Shown one piece after another: positions 42,598 through 56,865 of a stretch of DNA of 64,000 nt. Below the pieces are notes generated by a model that saw only the letters and a program-made list of their open reading frames with translations, ran no database searches and was not told where the DNA came from. This DNA comes from Neophaeotheca triangularis (lineage: Eukaryota). How positions within the stretch are numbered: the first letter of the stretch is position 1; each line of letters starts with the position of its first letter. The position numbers and the translations under genes are program-made. The DNA is taken from contig BAAIJX010000003.1 in the NCBI GenBank assembly GCA_054600435.1, forward strand, positions 620,001 to 684,000, given 5' to 3'.

Positions 42598-44736
42598 ATG
42601 CTGTCGTCTCTGCAACGTTTGCTATTGGCTTTTATCCGCCTAGCAGTCGTCGTCGATGCGCAAGCCGTCGCTGGAAAAGCGCTGGACATCAGACAGAATG
42701 ATCTGAGTTTGAGCGACTCGGCCGCCCCTGTCGTCTTCACGCCGGATCAGAATTGGGACGGTATCGACGGACGTTGGAGTAGTTTTACCCTCCGCGTCGG
42801 CACCCCGGAACAGTTTGTACGAGTCTTCGCTTCCTGGGCAGGATATCAGACATGGGTCATCATCCCCGAAGGATGCCAGGCTGCCGCCGACTATGATGAC
42901 TGCAAGGATGAACGGGGCTGGATCTTCAACGAGACCGAGTCAAGCACGTGGGACGAGAGAGGCACTTTCGCGCTTGGCATAGAACAGAATTTAGGACTCG
43001 ACTCGAATGCTCGATTTGGCTTTGACGATGTAGGCCTTGGTGGTGCCGGCGAGGGCGGACCCAAGCTCGAGAACACTACTATCGGTGGAGTTGCGACGGA
43101 TAAATATTGGCTGGGCCTGTTTGGCTTGCATCCCAAGCCTACGAACTTTACCGACTTCAACGAGGGTGTACCGAGCTATATGACGCTTCTGAAAGAGCAG
43201 GGCGTAATACCGAGCATGTCTTTTGGCTTCACGGCGGGCGCGCACTACATGTACAGTGTCGGCGAGTATGCGTCTCTCACTCTCGGTGGTTTCGACAGTT
43301 CCAAATTTGTTGAGAATGATGTGGAGTGGACCTTTGCGCCGGACAATGAGCGCGACACTGTTGTCGCTATTCAGCAGATCACCACACCGTCTACTATCGA
43401 ATCGAACCCCGAAGCGGTCCTTCTGCTACCGGATCCCATTTATGCCTACATCGATGCCACTGTAGCAGAGATTTGGCTTCCGGAGACCGCTTGCGAGGCA
43501 TTTGAGTCTGAGTTTGGTATCGAGTACGACGAGGAACTCGATCTCTACGCCATCAACGATACGCTCCACGATGATTTGAAAGAGCGCAACGCCAATGTCA
43601 CCTTCACTTTAGCGGAAGAATTGGATGGCGGCGACAAAGTCGAAATCACCCTACCGTACGCTGCCTTTGACCATTCGGCACGGCCACCTTACGCATCAGT
43701 CACCAATACAACGAACTACTTCCCGCTTCGTCGCGCCGCCAACGACACTCAATACACTCTTGGACGCACCTTTATGCAGGAAGCGTACATTACGGTCAAC
43801 TGGGAGACTTTTCGCTTCAACGTGTCTCAAGTGGACTGGAACCGGAACGCTGGACAGAACGTGGTGACTATTCCATCTATGCAAAGCGCCCGTGTCGCTG
43901 CCGAACAGACTGAGGATTTCGAGCAAGATTCTGGCGGTATCAGTGCAGGTGCTATTGCAGGCATCGTGGTTGGGGTGGTTGTGGCTCTCGCCGTCATAGG
44001 CCTGGCCGTCTTTTTCTTCCTGCGTCGCAAGCGCAGAAGGAGCTCTGGCGAGCAACTTGATGAAAAGACCGCCCCGCCGTTGGATACCGATGCTCAGTCG
44101 CAGGGCAATGTAGTACCCAAGGCAGAGCTGCAAGGCTCAGAGGCCTTCCACCCACCAGTATCCTACTACGATCAAGACATCAAAGCCTGGGTCACATCGC
44201 CAGCAGGCTCATCAGCACCAGGCACACCATCATCGTCGTATCCCAATTCAAACAGCCGTGGCTTCTTCCCCGGCAGCACGGTCGCCGGCAGCCCTACCAC
44301 ACCTACAGCAGGCGAAGGCACCCACAGCAGCTCGCAAACAGGTTACAGTAACCCTTTCGCGACGCCCGTGAGCGAAGCCGACAGCAAAGCCATCCACGTC
44401 TTCGAGATGCCGGGCGACATGCCCTCGATAAGGGAAAAAGACGGCAAACAGCTGTCGGAGAAGGAAGCCCTCCAGCATCGCGAAGCCCTCTACAACGGTG
44501 TTGACTCCACGCCCCCCGAGTCGGCGGTGGAAGAGGTGTCACGAGACTTGCCGCCGAGAAGAGTCGACCCGGAGCATGTTGTGCGTGCTGAAGGCGGCAC
44601 GCTCGATGGCTCGACGATTGCTGGTTCTCCTGTCACGGCTGGAGAGGGGACATCGTCAACCACTCGACAACATCGCGCATTTTCGTTCGAGGATGATGGA
44701 TCTGGGCGGGCGACTTACACTAACTCGACCCAATGA
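42598..44736 (+). CDS. Type I membrane pepsin-like (A1) aspartic-peptidase-domain protein
   Basis: Signal peptide; WDGIDGRWSSFTLRVGTPEQ, SLTLGGFD, IDAT...IWLP, LGRTFMQEAY; TM helix then RRKRRR and a long cytoplasmic tail. Confidence 0.85.
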   Translation: MLSSLQRLLLAFIRLAVVVDAQAVAGKALDIRQNDLSLSDSAAPVVFTPDQNWDGIDGRWSSFTLRVGTPEQFVRVFASWAGYQTWVIIPEGCQAAADYDDCKDERGWIFNETESSTWDERGTFALGIEQNLGLDSNARFGFDDVGLGGAGEGGPKLENTTIGGVATDKYWLGLFGLHPKPTNFTDFNEGVPSYMTLLKEQGVIPSMSFGFTAGAHYMYSVGEYASLTLGGFDSSKFVENDVEWTFAPDNERDTVVAIQQITTPSTIESNPEAVLLLPDPIYAYIDATVAEIWLPETACEAFESEFGIEYDEELDLYAINDTLHDDLKERNANVTFTLAEELDGGDKVEITLPYAAFDHSARPPYASVTNTTNYFPLRRAANDTQYTLGRTFMQEAYITVNWETFRFNVSQVDWNRNAGQNVVTIPSMQSARVAAEQTEDFEQDSGGISAGAIAGIVVGVVVALAVIGLAVFFFLRRKRRRSSGEQLDEKTAPPLDTDAQSQGNVVPKAELQGSEAFHPPVSYYDQDIKAWVTSPAGSSAPGTPSSSYPNSNSRGFFPGSTVAGSPTTPTAGEGTHSSSQTGYSNPFATPVSEADSKAIHVFEMPGDMPSIREKDGKQLSEKEALQHREALYNGVDSTPPESAVEEVSRDLPPRRVDPEHVVRAEGGTLDGSTIAGSPVTAGEGTSSTTRQHRAFSFEDDGSGRATYTNSTQ

Positions 44737-45225
44737 TTTTTAGCGAGACTGATTTGGTATTGATTTAGCGTGGTGTCTGGTGCAAATGGGATTCAAGGAT
44801 ATGATGATGTTTGACGAGGTCTCTCAAGTCGGGGTGACGATGCTGTAATATTTAGACATTTGGAAAATACTCAAGTTATCGCTCACATACTACTCACCAT
44901 ACCAGTCCTTCCAATGTCTCATCTCGACGTTCACTTCCAAGATGTCATGATGTCCACCCCTATTATGAGCACGTGAGGCAAAAGCCACTCCAGAATTGTT
45001 CCTGGCGAAGAAATCCCAAAGCCGCCCCACCTGTTACATCATCCCATCGTCGATGAGGGGCAGACATGGGCAACATCCACACACTTTTCGCACACCTTCA
45101 TCAAAAGCCCCTCCATCAACACCTAGTCACACAAACCCACCCCCCAACAACAGTGATAACACAAACCCAGCAACATCAACACGAGCTCTCAACCCCACCA
45201 CCAAAACCCACCAAACCAAGCAAAC

Positions 45226-45911
45226 ATGTCCGAAGCCTACAAGGGAGTCGACCCCAACGTCCTGGCCAAGCAGGCCGAGCAGGACCTCGCCAGCGACGGC
45301 GCAAAGAGAGGCCATGAAAAGGGCGACACCAGTACGTCCACACACCCATAGAAAAAGAAACGCAGGGCCAGTCCGGGAGGGGAACCACCAAAGGCCCCAG
45401 CAACAGAAGGAACCCAACAAGACTAGAAAAGAAAAGAAAAAAAACTGACATTGTTTCTCCTTCTTCCCCCGCCAACAGCCGCCGAATCCGGCGTCGACAC
45501 AGCCGCCGCCAGCAAGTTCCCAGGCTCCGAAGTCAAGATCGGCTCCGCCGCTTCCGGCGCCGGCGACAACCGCGACATCCCCCTCAGCGAGGGCGGCAGC
45601 ATCGACCCCGTGACTGGGCAGTAAGTCCTTTCCCCCCTGCCCGCCCCCTTCCGTCAAGAAAAGAAAGAAAAGAAAAAAAAAGCAGCCCCCCTTCACCAAC
45701 GACCGATTGCGTTAACACGTCAAACAGACCCACCAAAGCTCGCGATTTCGAGGGCAAGGGCGGCCCCGAGGACAAGAGGCAGGAGTACGTTGAGAACCAG
45801 GGCGGTAACCAGGACATTGGCAGCAATGTCAGGCAGGGCGGCGACACCAGCAGGCCCCCGAACGACACCCCCAACCATGCCGTTGGCGGTACTGGTCACA
45901 GCACTGCGTAG
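45226..45911 (+). CDS. Small Gly-rich hydrophilic (hydrophilin-like) fungal protein; introns 45332-45478 and 45621-45727
   Basis: Spliced MSEAYKGVDPNVLAKQAEQDL...T / AESGVDTAAASKFPGSEVKIGSAASGAGDNRDIP...GQ / PTKARDFEGKGGPEDK...; canonical splice sites and biased codons; absent from the ORF track. Confidence 0.8.
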
Positions 45912-46347
45912 AGGATTCAATTGTTAGCTTGAGTTGTGATCTGAGTCGGCATAGCTATTTCATTTTCCTCTACAGGTAGACGTGAAAGTTTTTTTCTTTC
46001 CATGGGGGAGAGATACCTAGCTCTTGTGGTAGTGTGGATGGTGCGTTGTCATGAGTCGTTTGTGAGAGTTGAAAGGGTGATTTGAGCGAGAGCACACCCA
46101 CCCGCCCATTTGGGGGGTGTCTACTCGTCCATGTGCTTTGGTCTGTTCCTCTAAATCCCAAGTGGTATCTGATCAGCTTCTCGATCCCAAGCTCTGAAGC
46201 TCTTCTCCCCTCCTTGCCATGTAAAGCACAGCGATCTCGTCACGACATCACGGCGCCCGCGCCATGCATGAAAATAATCCCATCCACATCCCGGATAACA
46301 AACTCCTCACCCACAACCCCACCTCCTCTGCGCATCGAACCCAAACC

Positions 46348-49020
46348 TCAATAAAACCCCCTATCCCTCTGACTCCTCACGGGCACATAAGCCGTGGGAG
46401 TGGGCAGACTCCGCCCATGCGGCCTCGCCCCATTCACAGGCGAAGGCCCCAAATCAATACTCCCAATCTCCTGCGCCAGCGCATCTTCGCCGCTCGCGTA
46501 CCCACCATACCCACCACCGCCACCATACCCCATCATCTGCTGCTGCTGCTGCTGCAAAGGCAGTTTAGGCGGTAGCCCCGGCGGGCCCCCGTCGCCGTAA
46601 AATCCCCGCGCGTCGTAGAGGTTTTGGTAACTGCGATGCCTGCCGATGCCCGGGCTGGCTTCGCGGAAGCGCGCGCTGGGCGAGTAGCCCTCTTGGGCGT
46701 AGGGGTTGGGGATTGGGGGAATGCTACTGCCGGGAGGGCGCTCGGGAGTGCCGTTGCCCGACTTGGGCATGGCTTGTTGCGCGGCTTTCATGCGGACGTT
46801 GATCTTGGTGTCACGGGAAAGGTTTTTGCCGCCGCCGCTGCCGAGAGGGGTAGAGTTTGCGGTTGGAGAGTGGCGAGGGCCGAAGTCGCGGTCGCGGCCG
46901 AGGCCGTAGGTTTTGGAAGGTGTTTTCTTTTCGGGTTCTGGCGCCCAGGAATCGACGGGGAGGTGGTCCGAGGGGTCGATTTCCCGGCCGTCCCAGCCGA
47001 CTATGGAGCCGTTGGGTTGTTGGCGGCTGTCGGACGTGGAAGGAGCGTCGCGGTAGGGGTTACGGGGTTGGCTGGGAGCTGGGCTTCGGGCTGTCGGATT
47101 GTGGATGTCGAAGGAGTCGGGGGAGAAAGGGATGGAGGAGGTTGGCGATGGTTGAGGGGAGACGGATTTTCTCGGCGGCATTCCGCTTATGGGTGTCTGT
47201 CCTGATCGTGGGTCTTGTCGTGATGTTGATAGCGGGCTGTTATCCGAGGACTCAAAAGACTGCACAGGATGGCGCAGTGTGTATGGGTTGCGTGCGCTCG
47301 AAGGTCTTAATGCAGGCAGCCCAGCGCCGGGCGACATGCCTCCAGCATGAGGGGGCTGCGGTGGCTGTCGAGTATCTAAAGCGGCCGGATATTGAGGCTG
47401 CTGGTACAGATCGCTGGAGGATGCCGAGTGTTGATGCCCGCCGTAAGGATTTGGGCTCCGCGCTCTCGAGACTTCCTGGGATAGCGGATGTGGTCTCGGC
47501 GGTGTCACTGCATAGGCATCAGCAACGCTGTGACGGTGAGGGATCGGTTGTCTTGGTGGCCATTGCTGAGGCGAAGGTGTCTGACCCGGCACCAAGCTGA
47601 GCGGCGTGCCATTGATCCCTTGCTGATGCGGTGGTGTAGTAAAGTCATCACCGGATTGGCTGCGATTGGGTGGCGTGTATTGAGCATTGCCGTAGCCTCG
47701 AGGAGAGCCATTCTGAATGTACTGCTGTCGGCCATTGGGCGTCCAAGGCGCTCTATTGGGAGACGGCGTCGCCTGGTGGGAGTTCGGGTTGTGGTAGTGC
47801 GGCACTTCGGGTGCGCTGTTGCTATGCATTGGTGGAGGAGGCGGGGGAGGCTCGTCTTCATCTTCCATGTACGCTTGTCGTCCCGGCGGGGCATTTTCGT
47901 AAGGATTCTCCCATCCGGGTGGCACGTCATTCCGCCTCTGCCGCAGATTTTGGTGCTGATAGTCGAGATCCGGAATTGGTTCGGGGTAGTCTGTCCTCAA
48001 GTGTGACGGTTCCTCATAGCCGGGATTCTCCTGGTGCACATGAGGTACGACGGGCGCTGAATGTGAATGCGGCAATGTAGCTTGAGGAAGAGGCCTGGTC
48101 TGCTGAGGTAATGGTTGTGTTTGCCGCGCGGCATATATAGGTTCCGTTGGCACCGAACCTCGTTGCCTGTTGCTAGGAGGCAACTCGGGCAGGAAATCTG
48201 GCTGCTGAAGCTGACCATATCCATTCGGATCAAAGGGTGTCTGGCCTTCCAGCTCTTGCGGTTCCTCGTGGTAGTTTTGCGATGGTACCTGAGGCTCGCC
48301 GTGGTGGCCATGAGAAGGGGGCAGCTGATTGGTGTAACCATGCTCGACCGCAGCATAATTGATTGATTCCGGAGGCAGAGAGTTTTGTCTGGGCGGCGTG
48401 CTGTATTCTCTTGTCCCATGCCTCACCCTTACGGGCTCCCTCGGCCCAGGGATTGCATCAGTGTTAATACCCCTGGGTCCACTGGGATTCGTTGGCAGAG
48501 GCCTTCTCTTCACCTTGGAAGCCGCTCCCGCCTCCGCAGGCTTCTCAGGTTTCGGTCGAGTGTCGTAGTATGTCATCTCTATCCTAACCTCGCCAGCGTA
48601 CTTGCCCTTGCAAGTCAAGCCCTGCCAGATATCGCCTTGCCCACCGCCCTGCTTCAGAATATCCGTCAATTCCACCAGCGCCTCACCAATCAAATCCGTC
48701 CGTTTGTCCTCGCTGAAGATGGACACCTTCAGACTGTGGTAGTCCGGCGAGTCGTGAACGGTGAATCGCAGTTCCTGATCCCACTTGGGAGTTTGCCCGC
48801 CACGCTTGTCCGTCTCGGTCTTCTTTGCGTCCTTTCCCAATCTCGCTGCGCAAAAGGGGTTCTGCTTGCCCATTGTCTTTCTGTTCGGGAGGTTCTTCGC
48901 GCGATCCACGATGACGACTAGGGTACCAATCTCGGGACCGTCGACGGTCATGTCGGCGAAGATGCCTGCTGTGTGTTGGTGCATGCCGTGGGGGCCGCCT
49001 GAGTTGGCTTTGGTGGCCAT
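46348..49020 (-). CDS. C2-domain cytokinesis protein, Inn1/Fic1-like
   Basis: GTLVVIVDRAKNLPNRKTMGKQNPFC...RGGQTPKWDQELRF...GEVRIEMTYY, followed by a Pro-rich tail. Confidence 0.85.
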   Translation of the reverse strand: MATKANSGGPHGMHQHTAGIFADMTVDGPEIGTLVVIVDRAKNLPNRKTMGKQNPFCAARLGKDAKKTETDKRGGQTPKWDQELRFTVHDSPDYHSLKVSIFSEDKRTDLIGEALVELTDILKQGGGQGDIWQGLTCKGKYAGEVRIEMTYYDTRPKPEKPAEAGAASKVKRRPLPTNPSGPRGINTDAIPGPREPVRVRHGTREYSTPPRQNSLPPESINYAAVEHGYTNQLPPSHGHHGEPQVPSQNYHEEPQELEGQTPFDPNGYGQLQQPDFLPELPPSNRQRGSVPTEPIYAARQTQPLPQQTRPLPQATLPHSHSAPVVPHVHQENPGYEEPSHLRTDYPEPIPDLDYQHQNLRQRRNDVPPGWENPYENAPPGRQAYMEDEDEPPPPPPPMHSNSAPEVPHYHNPNSHQATPSPNRAPWTPNGRQQYIQNGSPRGYGNAQYTPPNRSQSGDDFTTPPHQQGINGTPLSLVPGQTPSPQQWPPRQPIPHRHSVADAYAVTPPRPHPLSQEVSRARSPNPYGGHQHSASSSDLYQQPQYPAALDTRQPPQPPHAGGMSPGAGLPALRPSSARNPYTLRHPVQSFESSDNSPLSTSRQDPRSGQTPISGMPPRKSVSPQPSPTSSIPFSPDSFDIHNPTARSPAPSQPRNPYRDAPSTSDSRQQPNGSIVGWDGREIDPSDHLPVDSWAPEPEKKTPSKTYGLGRDRDFGPRHSPTANSTPLGSGGGKNLSRDTKINVRMKAAQQAMPKSGNGTPERPPGSSIPPIPNPYAQEGYSPSARFREASPGIGRHRSYQNLYDARGFYGDGGPPGLPPKLPLQQQQQQMMGYGGGGGYGGYASGEDALAQEIGSIDLGPSPVNGARPHGRSLPTPTAYVPVRSQRDRGFY

Positions 49021-49950
49021 GTTGTGCGGGTTGGCCTGGTCGACAAGTGTGGGCGTGGTGTCGTTGTTGTCGTTGTTGTAATCGAACCGGCTCCGTCATG
49101 TATCAATGTGAGGGGGAGCCTTGTTGATGCGGCTGCCTGGTAGCGAGTGAAGAAATGTCGTACCTCAGTTCCCCGAACCTCGAAGCTTAACGATGGAGTA
49201 AGTTAGAGTAAACAAGGCCCCGCTATGCGAGATTCGAACGGCTAGGTAGGTATGTCGTAGTAGGTGGATGTCATATGCGAACCATACGATACCTTACTAT
49301 CCCAATTTAGCGACGGGAGTAATAACAAGTAAACTGACAAGGAGCGAACAGATCCGGCGTACAGCGTCCGACGTCAGCTAGTTGGGAAAAGTGGTGGCAG
49401 AGGTGGTTAGGTAGGTAGTAGGTATTCACTATTCACACTTAAGGTTGGAGAGCTACTGCATCTTTACTGCAAGCTGCTGCCTTGGGTGCTCCCGGCTTTG
49501 GTTTTGGTTTTGGTGGCTGAAGCCAGGGCGAACGGGGTCAATAATGTGGCTGGGCACTTGTTGGCTTCCGCTTGCCGGCTTGTCTTCTGTTTTTCATCAA
49601 GTCCACGCCTCGTTTTCCATTAATGTCCACGCGTCGCTACTGAATACTGGTAGGAGTTATTGCTCGCTTCGACGCCCTTTCTCGGATAACGGGCGGCATT
49701 AATGCTGATGCCTGGAATCGTTGAAACCCCGCTCCTAGGAGGCATTGGAGGCACTGGAGGCATTGGACCCATTTGATAGGACTTCCACCGAACATGGCCG
49801 TGCTCATGCAAATGCTTTCAATCTACACAAAAGACGGCGTGACGGACAGCGACGAACGCCGCACAAGAAGGTAACGGGTCGGCTGAGCAACCGTCAAATA
49901 AGACTCTGGGGGTATCATAAGCAATCGCACATCAAACCCTTCCCAGACCC

Positions 49951-51002
49951 TCACCCCAAAACCCGCCAGTCAGCACCAACAACCCAATCCCCCCCCTCAA
50001 CTTTCACTTCCCACACAGGCGCTCTCACACCAACCACCACTCCCCTCTCCAACACCTCCCCGCTCCTCTCCAACGCGGGCAACCAAAGCCTCACGCCTTT
50101 GCCCTCCCCATCCAACCCTCTCACAAACCTCACCACGCTCCCCCCACCCACCCACTCAACCCTCACCTTCAACACAAATTCCTCTCCCCTCAAATACCCC
50201 TGGCCTCGTCGATTTTGCGCGGCCCCCTGCCCAGTCTCGACAACCCACTGCTGCAGCGTAGCCGCCAGACCGCCAGGAACGAATTTCTGCCCGCGGCGAT
50301 GAGGCGAGAAGGCTTCTGGGAGGGGCTCGGAGGGGGTCTGCTGCGTAGCGGGTGCTGGGGGGCGGAGAAAAGCCGGGCGGGACGCGAAAGCCGTACTGGG
50401 TGCGGGACTTGTTCGTATGGCATCCGCGAGCTTGAAACGAGGGGTGCTCTTTGCCATGGAGTCTTTGAAAACGGCTGCGCGTTGGGGGGTGCGTGCCGCG
50501 GTTTCGGGGAAGTCTGAGGCGTCGAGGCGTCTTCGTTTGGGCGAGTGGGGGAGAGTTTGGTCCCGTGGTTTCGTTGGTCGCGATTCACTAGCGTCGATGG
50601 TGGCTGAGTCCTCGTCGCCGTTGAGTAGCATTTCTTCGCCATCGTCGTAGCTGTGCACCTCCTGAACGTCCTCGCGCTGTTTGCCACTCTGTCGAAAGCC
50701 CTGTGCAGGCGCGGCCTTCGAAGGTTGCTGCGTGGCCAGTTGAAGTCTGCTCGCCACAAACCGCGGCGTGCGCGCAAACTGGCTCGAGGTCACATCCTTC
50801 TTGGCTCTCAAGTCTTCGTCGACGCGTTCGTGGACCTCTTCGCGAAGATTGGATGCTTGGGGCTTGCTGGCTTTCTTTGGTGAAGGCGCGCGTTTTTGCG
50901 TGGGTTTAAGGAAGCGGTGGGGTGATTGATTCTTTGTGTACATATGTCAGCCCTTATGAGTGACCTTTCTTATGGTATTGAACTTACCGTTGGCGGTTGC
51001 AT
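49951..51002 (-). CDS. Conserved hypothetical protein; 15-nt first exon (MQPPT) then a GTAAGT intron
   Basis: ATG 51002; intron about 50934-50987 (GTAAGT...GCTGAC...AAG); C-terminal FSPHRRGQKFVPGGLA and beta-rich WEVKV...W..GADW. Confidence 0.65.
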
Positions 51003-51597
51003 TATGAGGTGCCTTTATTGGCGCTGAAAGTATGTTTGGGAGACGTGACAAGAGTACTAGAAGTACGCCTCGACGTCACTCGGCTCGTGCGGTTGTTTTC
51101 GCCAGTGTTGAAGTCAGATGCGGTGAGCACACTTGAATTGATGGATACAAGAGGACTAATAATACCAAAAGCTGAGAAGATGTTGCGTTCATCTGCGCAG
51201 TCACTCTTTCCACATCCGACGCGCTTGCCGTTCGCGGGCTTTGTTTTGATACGACTTCCATTGCAAGTACTTACCAACCGCTTATCCCACAGACACAGCA
51301 AAGATAACGTGAGTCGATAGCGTCAAGTCGTAAACACGTTGATACCGACGACGAATTTACCCTAATCCGTCACGCCCTTTTCCAATTACTCTGACCTTCG
51401 CGCTCAAAAGAAAGCCCCGATCCAGCGGGCGGCCTCTTAGACACTCAATTTTTCCACGCGCTCCGCTACGCTATCGACTGTTGACCCTTCAGAGCTTGCA
51501 GAATCGAGACTCTGAATGGCATCAGGCGGCTGCGAGAAAGCCTGGACGAGCCACTGAATCTGTACCTCATTAGAACTCGCAGAATTATGCGTCTGCA

Positions 51598-52997
<1,400 letters not shown>

Positions 52998-54395
52998 GAT
53001 CGCTGCTGTTCAGGAATGTCGGTGGTAGGAGGGACTCGAGCTTGAGGGATAGGGATATCGGACGGAAGATACGATTGTTGTTTCAGAATAGGGCGCGGAT
53101 GTGATAGCAGAGTGCTCTACTGCATGTGGGTGGAACGTCAATACCGGTGAAGTCAAACCCCACTTCTTCAAGCGATTGAGAGACGGCGGCTCGGCGGTGG
53201 TGATGAGAGGAGTGTTAGCAGAGGAACGTGGAAGAAATGCTGAGAGTCAAAGAATGGGAGACAGTAGTATTTGGGCAAGGCTGAATGCCCGGTATGTGCA
53301 AGTGGTATGCTTATTTCTTTGTAATGTCGGGGCAGGAGAACAATGATGAGCGTCTGCATCCGGGCAGCTCGAGTCGCGATACCTCCAGCTAGCAATGGGA
53401 CTCAGCGAGGGGCCAGCGATTGGTGGGGGGGGGGGGGGACAATGTTTGTGTTTGTGGACCCCGTTGTGCCTGCCTGTCCTGTCCTTGGGCGGCAAGTGAG
53501 GCTATTGGCGGCTGCCTTTATTACATTCGTATTCAATATCATTATTATTATTATTATGACAGTAGTATAAGGTATGTGCCTTTGAGGCCGCCCGAGCAAG
53601 CGGCTAGGTATATAACGTTGGAATCGAGCGACATGCACCGCGAAACTCTTTGATTCCGCCCCTGTCTACCTGACATACAATCCACACAGAGTCCGTCTTA
53701 GCTACCGCTACCAGTTCTGAAGACGCAAGGTGCTGGGAGATGGAATGCTGTCATTACATGAGACTGGATAGTACGACACTCCCGGCTCAGAGACGTACTA
53801 CCTAGGAGGTACTTGCTGGTCCGTGAAAAACAAGGTCACGGGTAACCGATGCTTGCATTAGCAAGCTGCAAATGCCTACAAGCGTGGCAATAATAATATA
53901 CAGAGGTTCTAGATAGCCGACGCAAGGGTATGTGGGCATTCCGAGTCGTCTTTGATATTATTATTGCCCTAATAGATCAGGGACATTGCAGTTCGATTAT
54001 TATTGATAACATACACGAGGAGTTTGACATGGATTTCTCCACGTGATACTTGGTAGATACGAGTACGACTGCCCTGTACGAGGGACGGGAGGTACAGTGT
54101 ACACCAATCACCCCGCTGCTTGCCAAGGATTCAGAGTCTAAGAGGTAGTAAAGGCATCACAATCAAGCATTTGGGTAGACCGGGGCTTCGTCGCTTTGGG
54201 AAGGTAGTAACTGTATGCACCTCACCTTTATCTCGAGTCGGATTAGGCACAGCAGTAGTACTCAACCCTTCTGCATATGGGCAGGTTATTGTCATCTGGT
54301 AAAGTATAAAGCTACCGCAGCTTCTCGTATGTGTGCCACTTTGGCTTTCTTTGCACGCTTTCCTGGAGAGTCCATCCATCAATAATAACTTAGTT

Positions 54396-56865
54396 ATGCG
54401 GAACGTGAGTTGTATCTATCTATCTAACTCGCCTCTTCCTGCGGAAGCTAATGCCAGGACAGACATCTACATTCCTCTTCGGCGCCTTGGCCTCGACCGC
54501 GCTTGCAGTCGATCCTCCCAGGGAGCCACAGCAACCTCGCGGCAATGGCACGAAGCTACTGACATGGAATGATACTCTGGGTGCGGATGCCGGAGCATTG
54601 CGTCCCTCAAGCATCTCCGTCGACTGGTATTCCGGCGGCAGCGAGGATGGCCAGTACATCTACGAAGGCGACGATGGCTCTCTGGTCCTTGAGAACTTTG
54701 TCACTGGTGACAGCGAGACGTTTGTCCCCGCCGATCAAATACCAGAAGACTACTACGACTACTTCATCCGCCCCGATCAGTCGCAGGTCCTTTTCGCAAC
54801 CAATTACACGCAGGTCTACAGGCATAGCTATCTGGCAGACTACTTTGTCGTCGACCCTGCTGGCGGCGAGACTGTCCCTCTAGTTGAGGATCAAGCTGGT
54901 GATATCCAGTACGCCGCTTGGGCACCGAGTGGCGATGTCATTGCATTCGTCAGGAACAACGACATCTACATCTACAACAACACCGAAGTCACCCGGGTCA
55001 CTAACGACGGCGGCCCCGACATGTTTAATGGCATCCCCGATTGGGTGTACGAAGAGGAAATCTTCGGCGATCGCTACACCCTCTGGTTCAGTCCGGACGG
55101 CTCCTACATCGCTTACCTTTCATTCAATGAGAGTGGTGTGGGCACTTTCACTATCCCCTACTACATGGACGGTATGGAAGTGGCTCCACAATACCCGGAA
55201 GAACTCGACCTTCGTTACCCCAAGGTCGGCACGACCAACCCTACTGTGCAATTCAACCTTCTGGACATGTCGACGCTGAACATCCAGCAAATCCCCACCA
55301 CTGCTTTCGAACCCAACAACACGATCATTGGGGAAGTCGCATGGGTCACCGAGGGACATGACACTTGCCTCTACCGTGTGTACAACCGTGTTCAAGACCA
55401 AGAGCGGATCGTCAACGTCGATGTCGAGGCCGGCACCACTTCAGTAGTCCGTGAACGCGACGCTACCGATGGATGGCTTGACAACAGCCTCGCTATCAGC
55501 TACGTTGGCTCCCTTTCTCAAGGCTCTTCGCCCTCCAGCTACGGTAAAGAATCTGCCGAGAACACGACATACTACGTGGACCTTTCCGACCAGGATGGTT
55601 GGGCCCATCTGTATCTTTTCCCCGTCAATGGTGGTGACTCCATCCAGCTTACGGATGGCGAGTGGGAGGTCACTAGCATCCTCTCGATCGATTCACAGCG
55701 CAGCCTCATCTACTACGCCTCGACGGAGCATCACTCCACCGAAAGACACATTTACTCGGTCAACTATGAGACCCTTGAGAAAAATGCGCTGGTGGATGAC
55801 GATGTTTCAGCATACTGGTCCGCTTCATTCTCCGGGCAGAGCACTTACTATCTCCTCAACTACCTAGGCCCAGATGTGCCGTACCAAGAGCTTTACTCCG
55901 TCAACGACACCTCCACCCCGATCCGCGCGGTCACAAACAACACTGCACTGGTCGACACCATCGCCGAATACAATTTGCCGAAGATCTCCTATTTCGAGCT
56001 TGATCACCCCGACGGCTACTCCCTGAATGTCATGGAGCGTCTACCCGCCAACTTCGACGAATCCAAGAGCTACCCAGTCCTTTTCACCCCTTACGGCGGA
56101 CCCGGTGCTCAGGAAGTGAGCAAGCGGTTCCAAAGCCTAGGCTGGAACGCCTACATTACCTCAGACCCAGAGCTCGAGTACATTACCTACACCGTGGACA
56201 ATCGTGGCACGGGCTACAAAGGCCGCGAGTTCCGCGCAACCGTAACGCGCCAACTAGGCTACCTCGAGCCCCGCGACCAAGTCTGGGCCGCTGAGCAACT
56301 GCGCGAGGCCGACTTTGTCGACTCGAACAAAATCAGCATGTGGGGCTGGAGTTTCGGCGGCTACCTGACTGCTAAGGTGCTAGAGCTGGACAGCGGGGTC
56401 TTCTCTATGGGCTTGATCACGGCCCCCGTCTCCGACTGGCGCTTTTACGACTCCATGTACACAGAGCGCTACCAGAAACTGCTCTCGGAGAACGAAGCGG
56501 GCTACAACCTGACAGCCGTCCGCGACGCCACTGGTTTCAAGAATGCCGCTGGTGGCTTCGCAATCTACCACGGCACTGGAGACGACAATGTGCATTACCA
56601 AAACACGGCTGCGCTCGTCGATCTTATGGTCGGTGCTGAGGTCAGCTCCGAGCAGATGAGCATGGTCGCTTTCACGGACTCGGCGCATTCGCTTCAGTAT
56701 AATGGGGCGCCGACTTACCATTACAAGGCGTTGACTCGGAGGCTGTATTTGGAGAAGATGAGGGAAGTTGGTGCGGAGGAGGTGCACCAGTGGAGCCGAA
56801 GGGGTGCTGAAGAGGAGGATAGGGCTTTTGGTGGTGCTGTGGCGCTTGATGCTCGGCCCAAATGA
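54396..56865 (+). CDS. dppIV: Secreted dipeptidyl peptidase IV (S9B); probable start exon MRN 54396-54404 with intron 54405-54462
   Basis: DWVYEEE, GWSFGG (Ser), DDNVH (Asp), DSAH (His); the spliced start gives signal peptide MRNTSTFLFGALASTALA. Confidence 0.93.

Noticed and set aside
49215..49245. B-box-like GTTCGAATC on the minus strand
   Set aside because: No tRNA stems or A-box around it.
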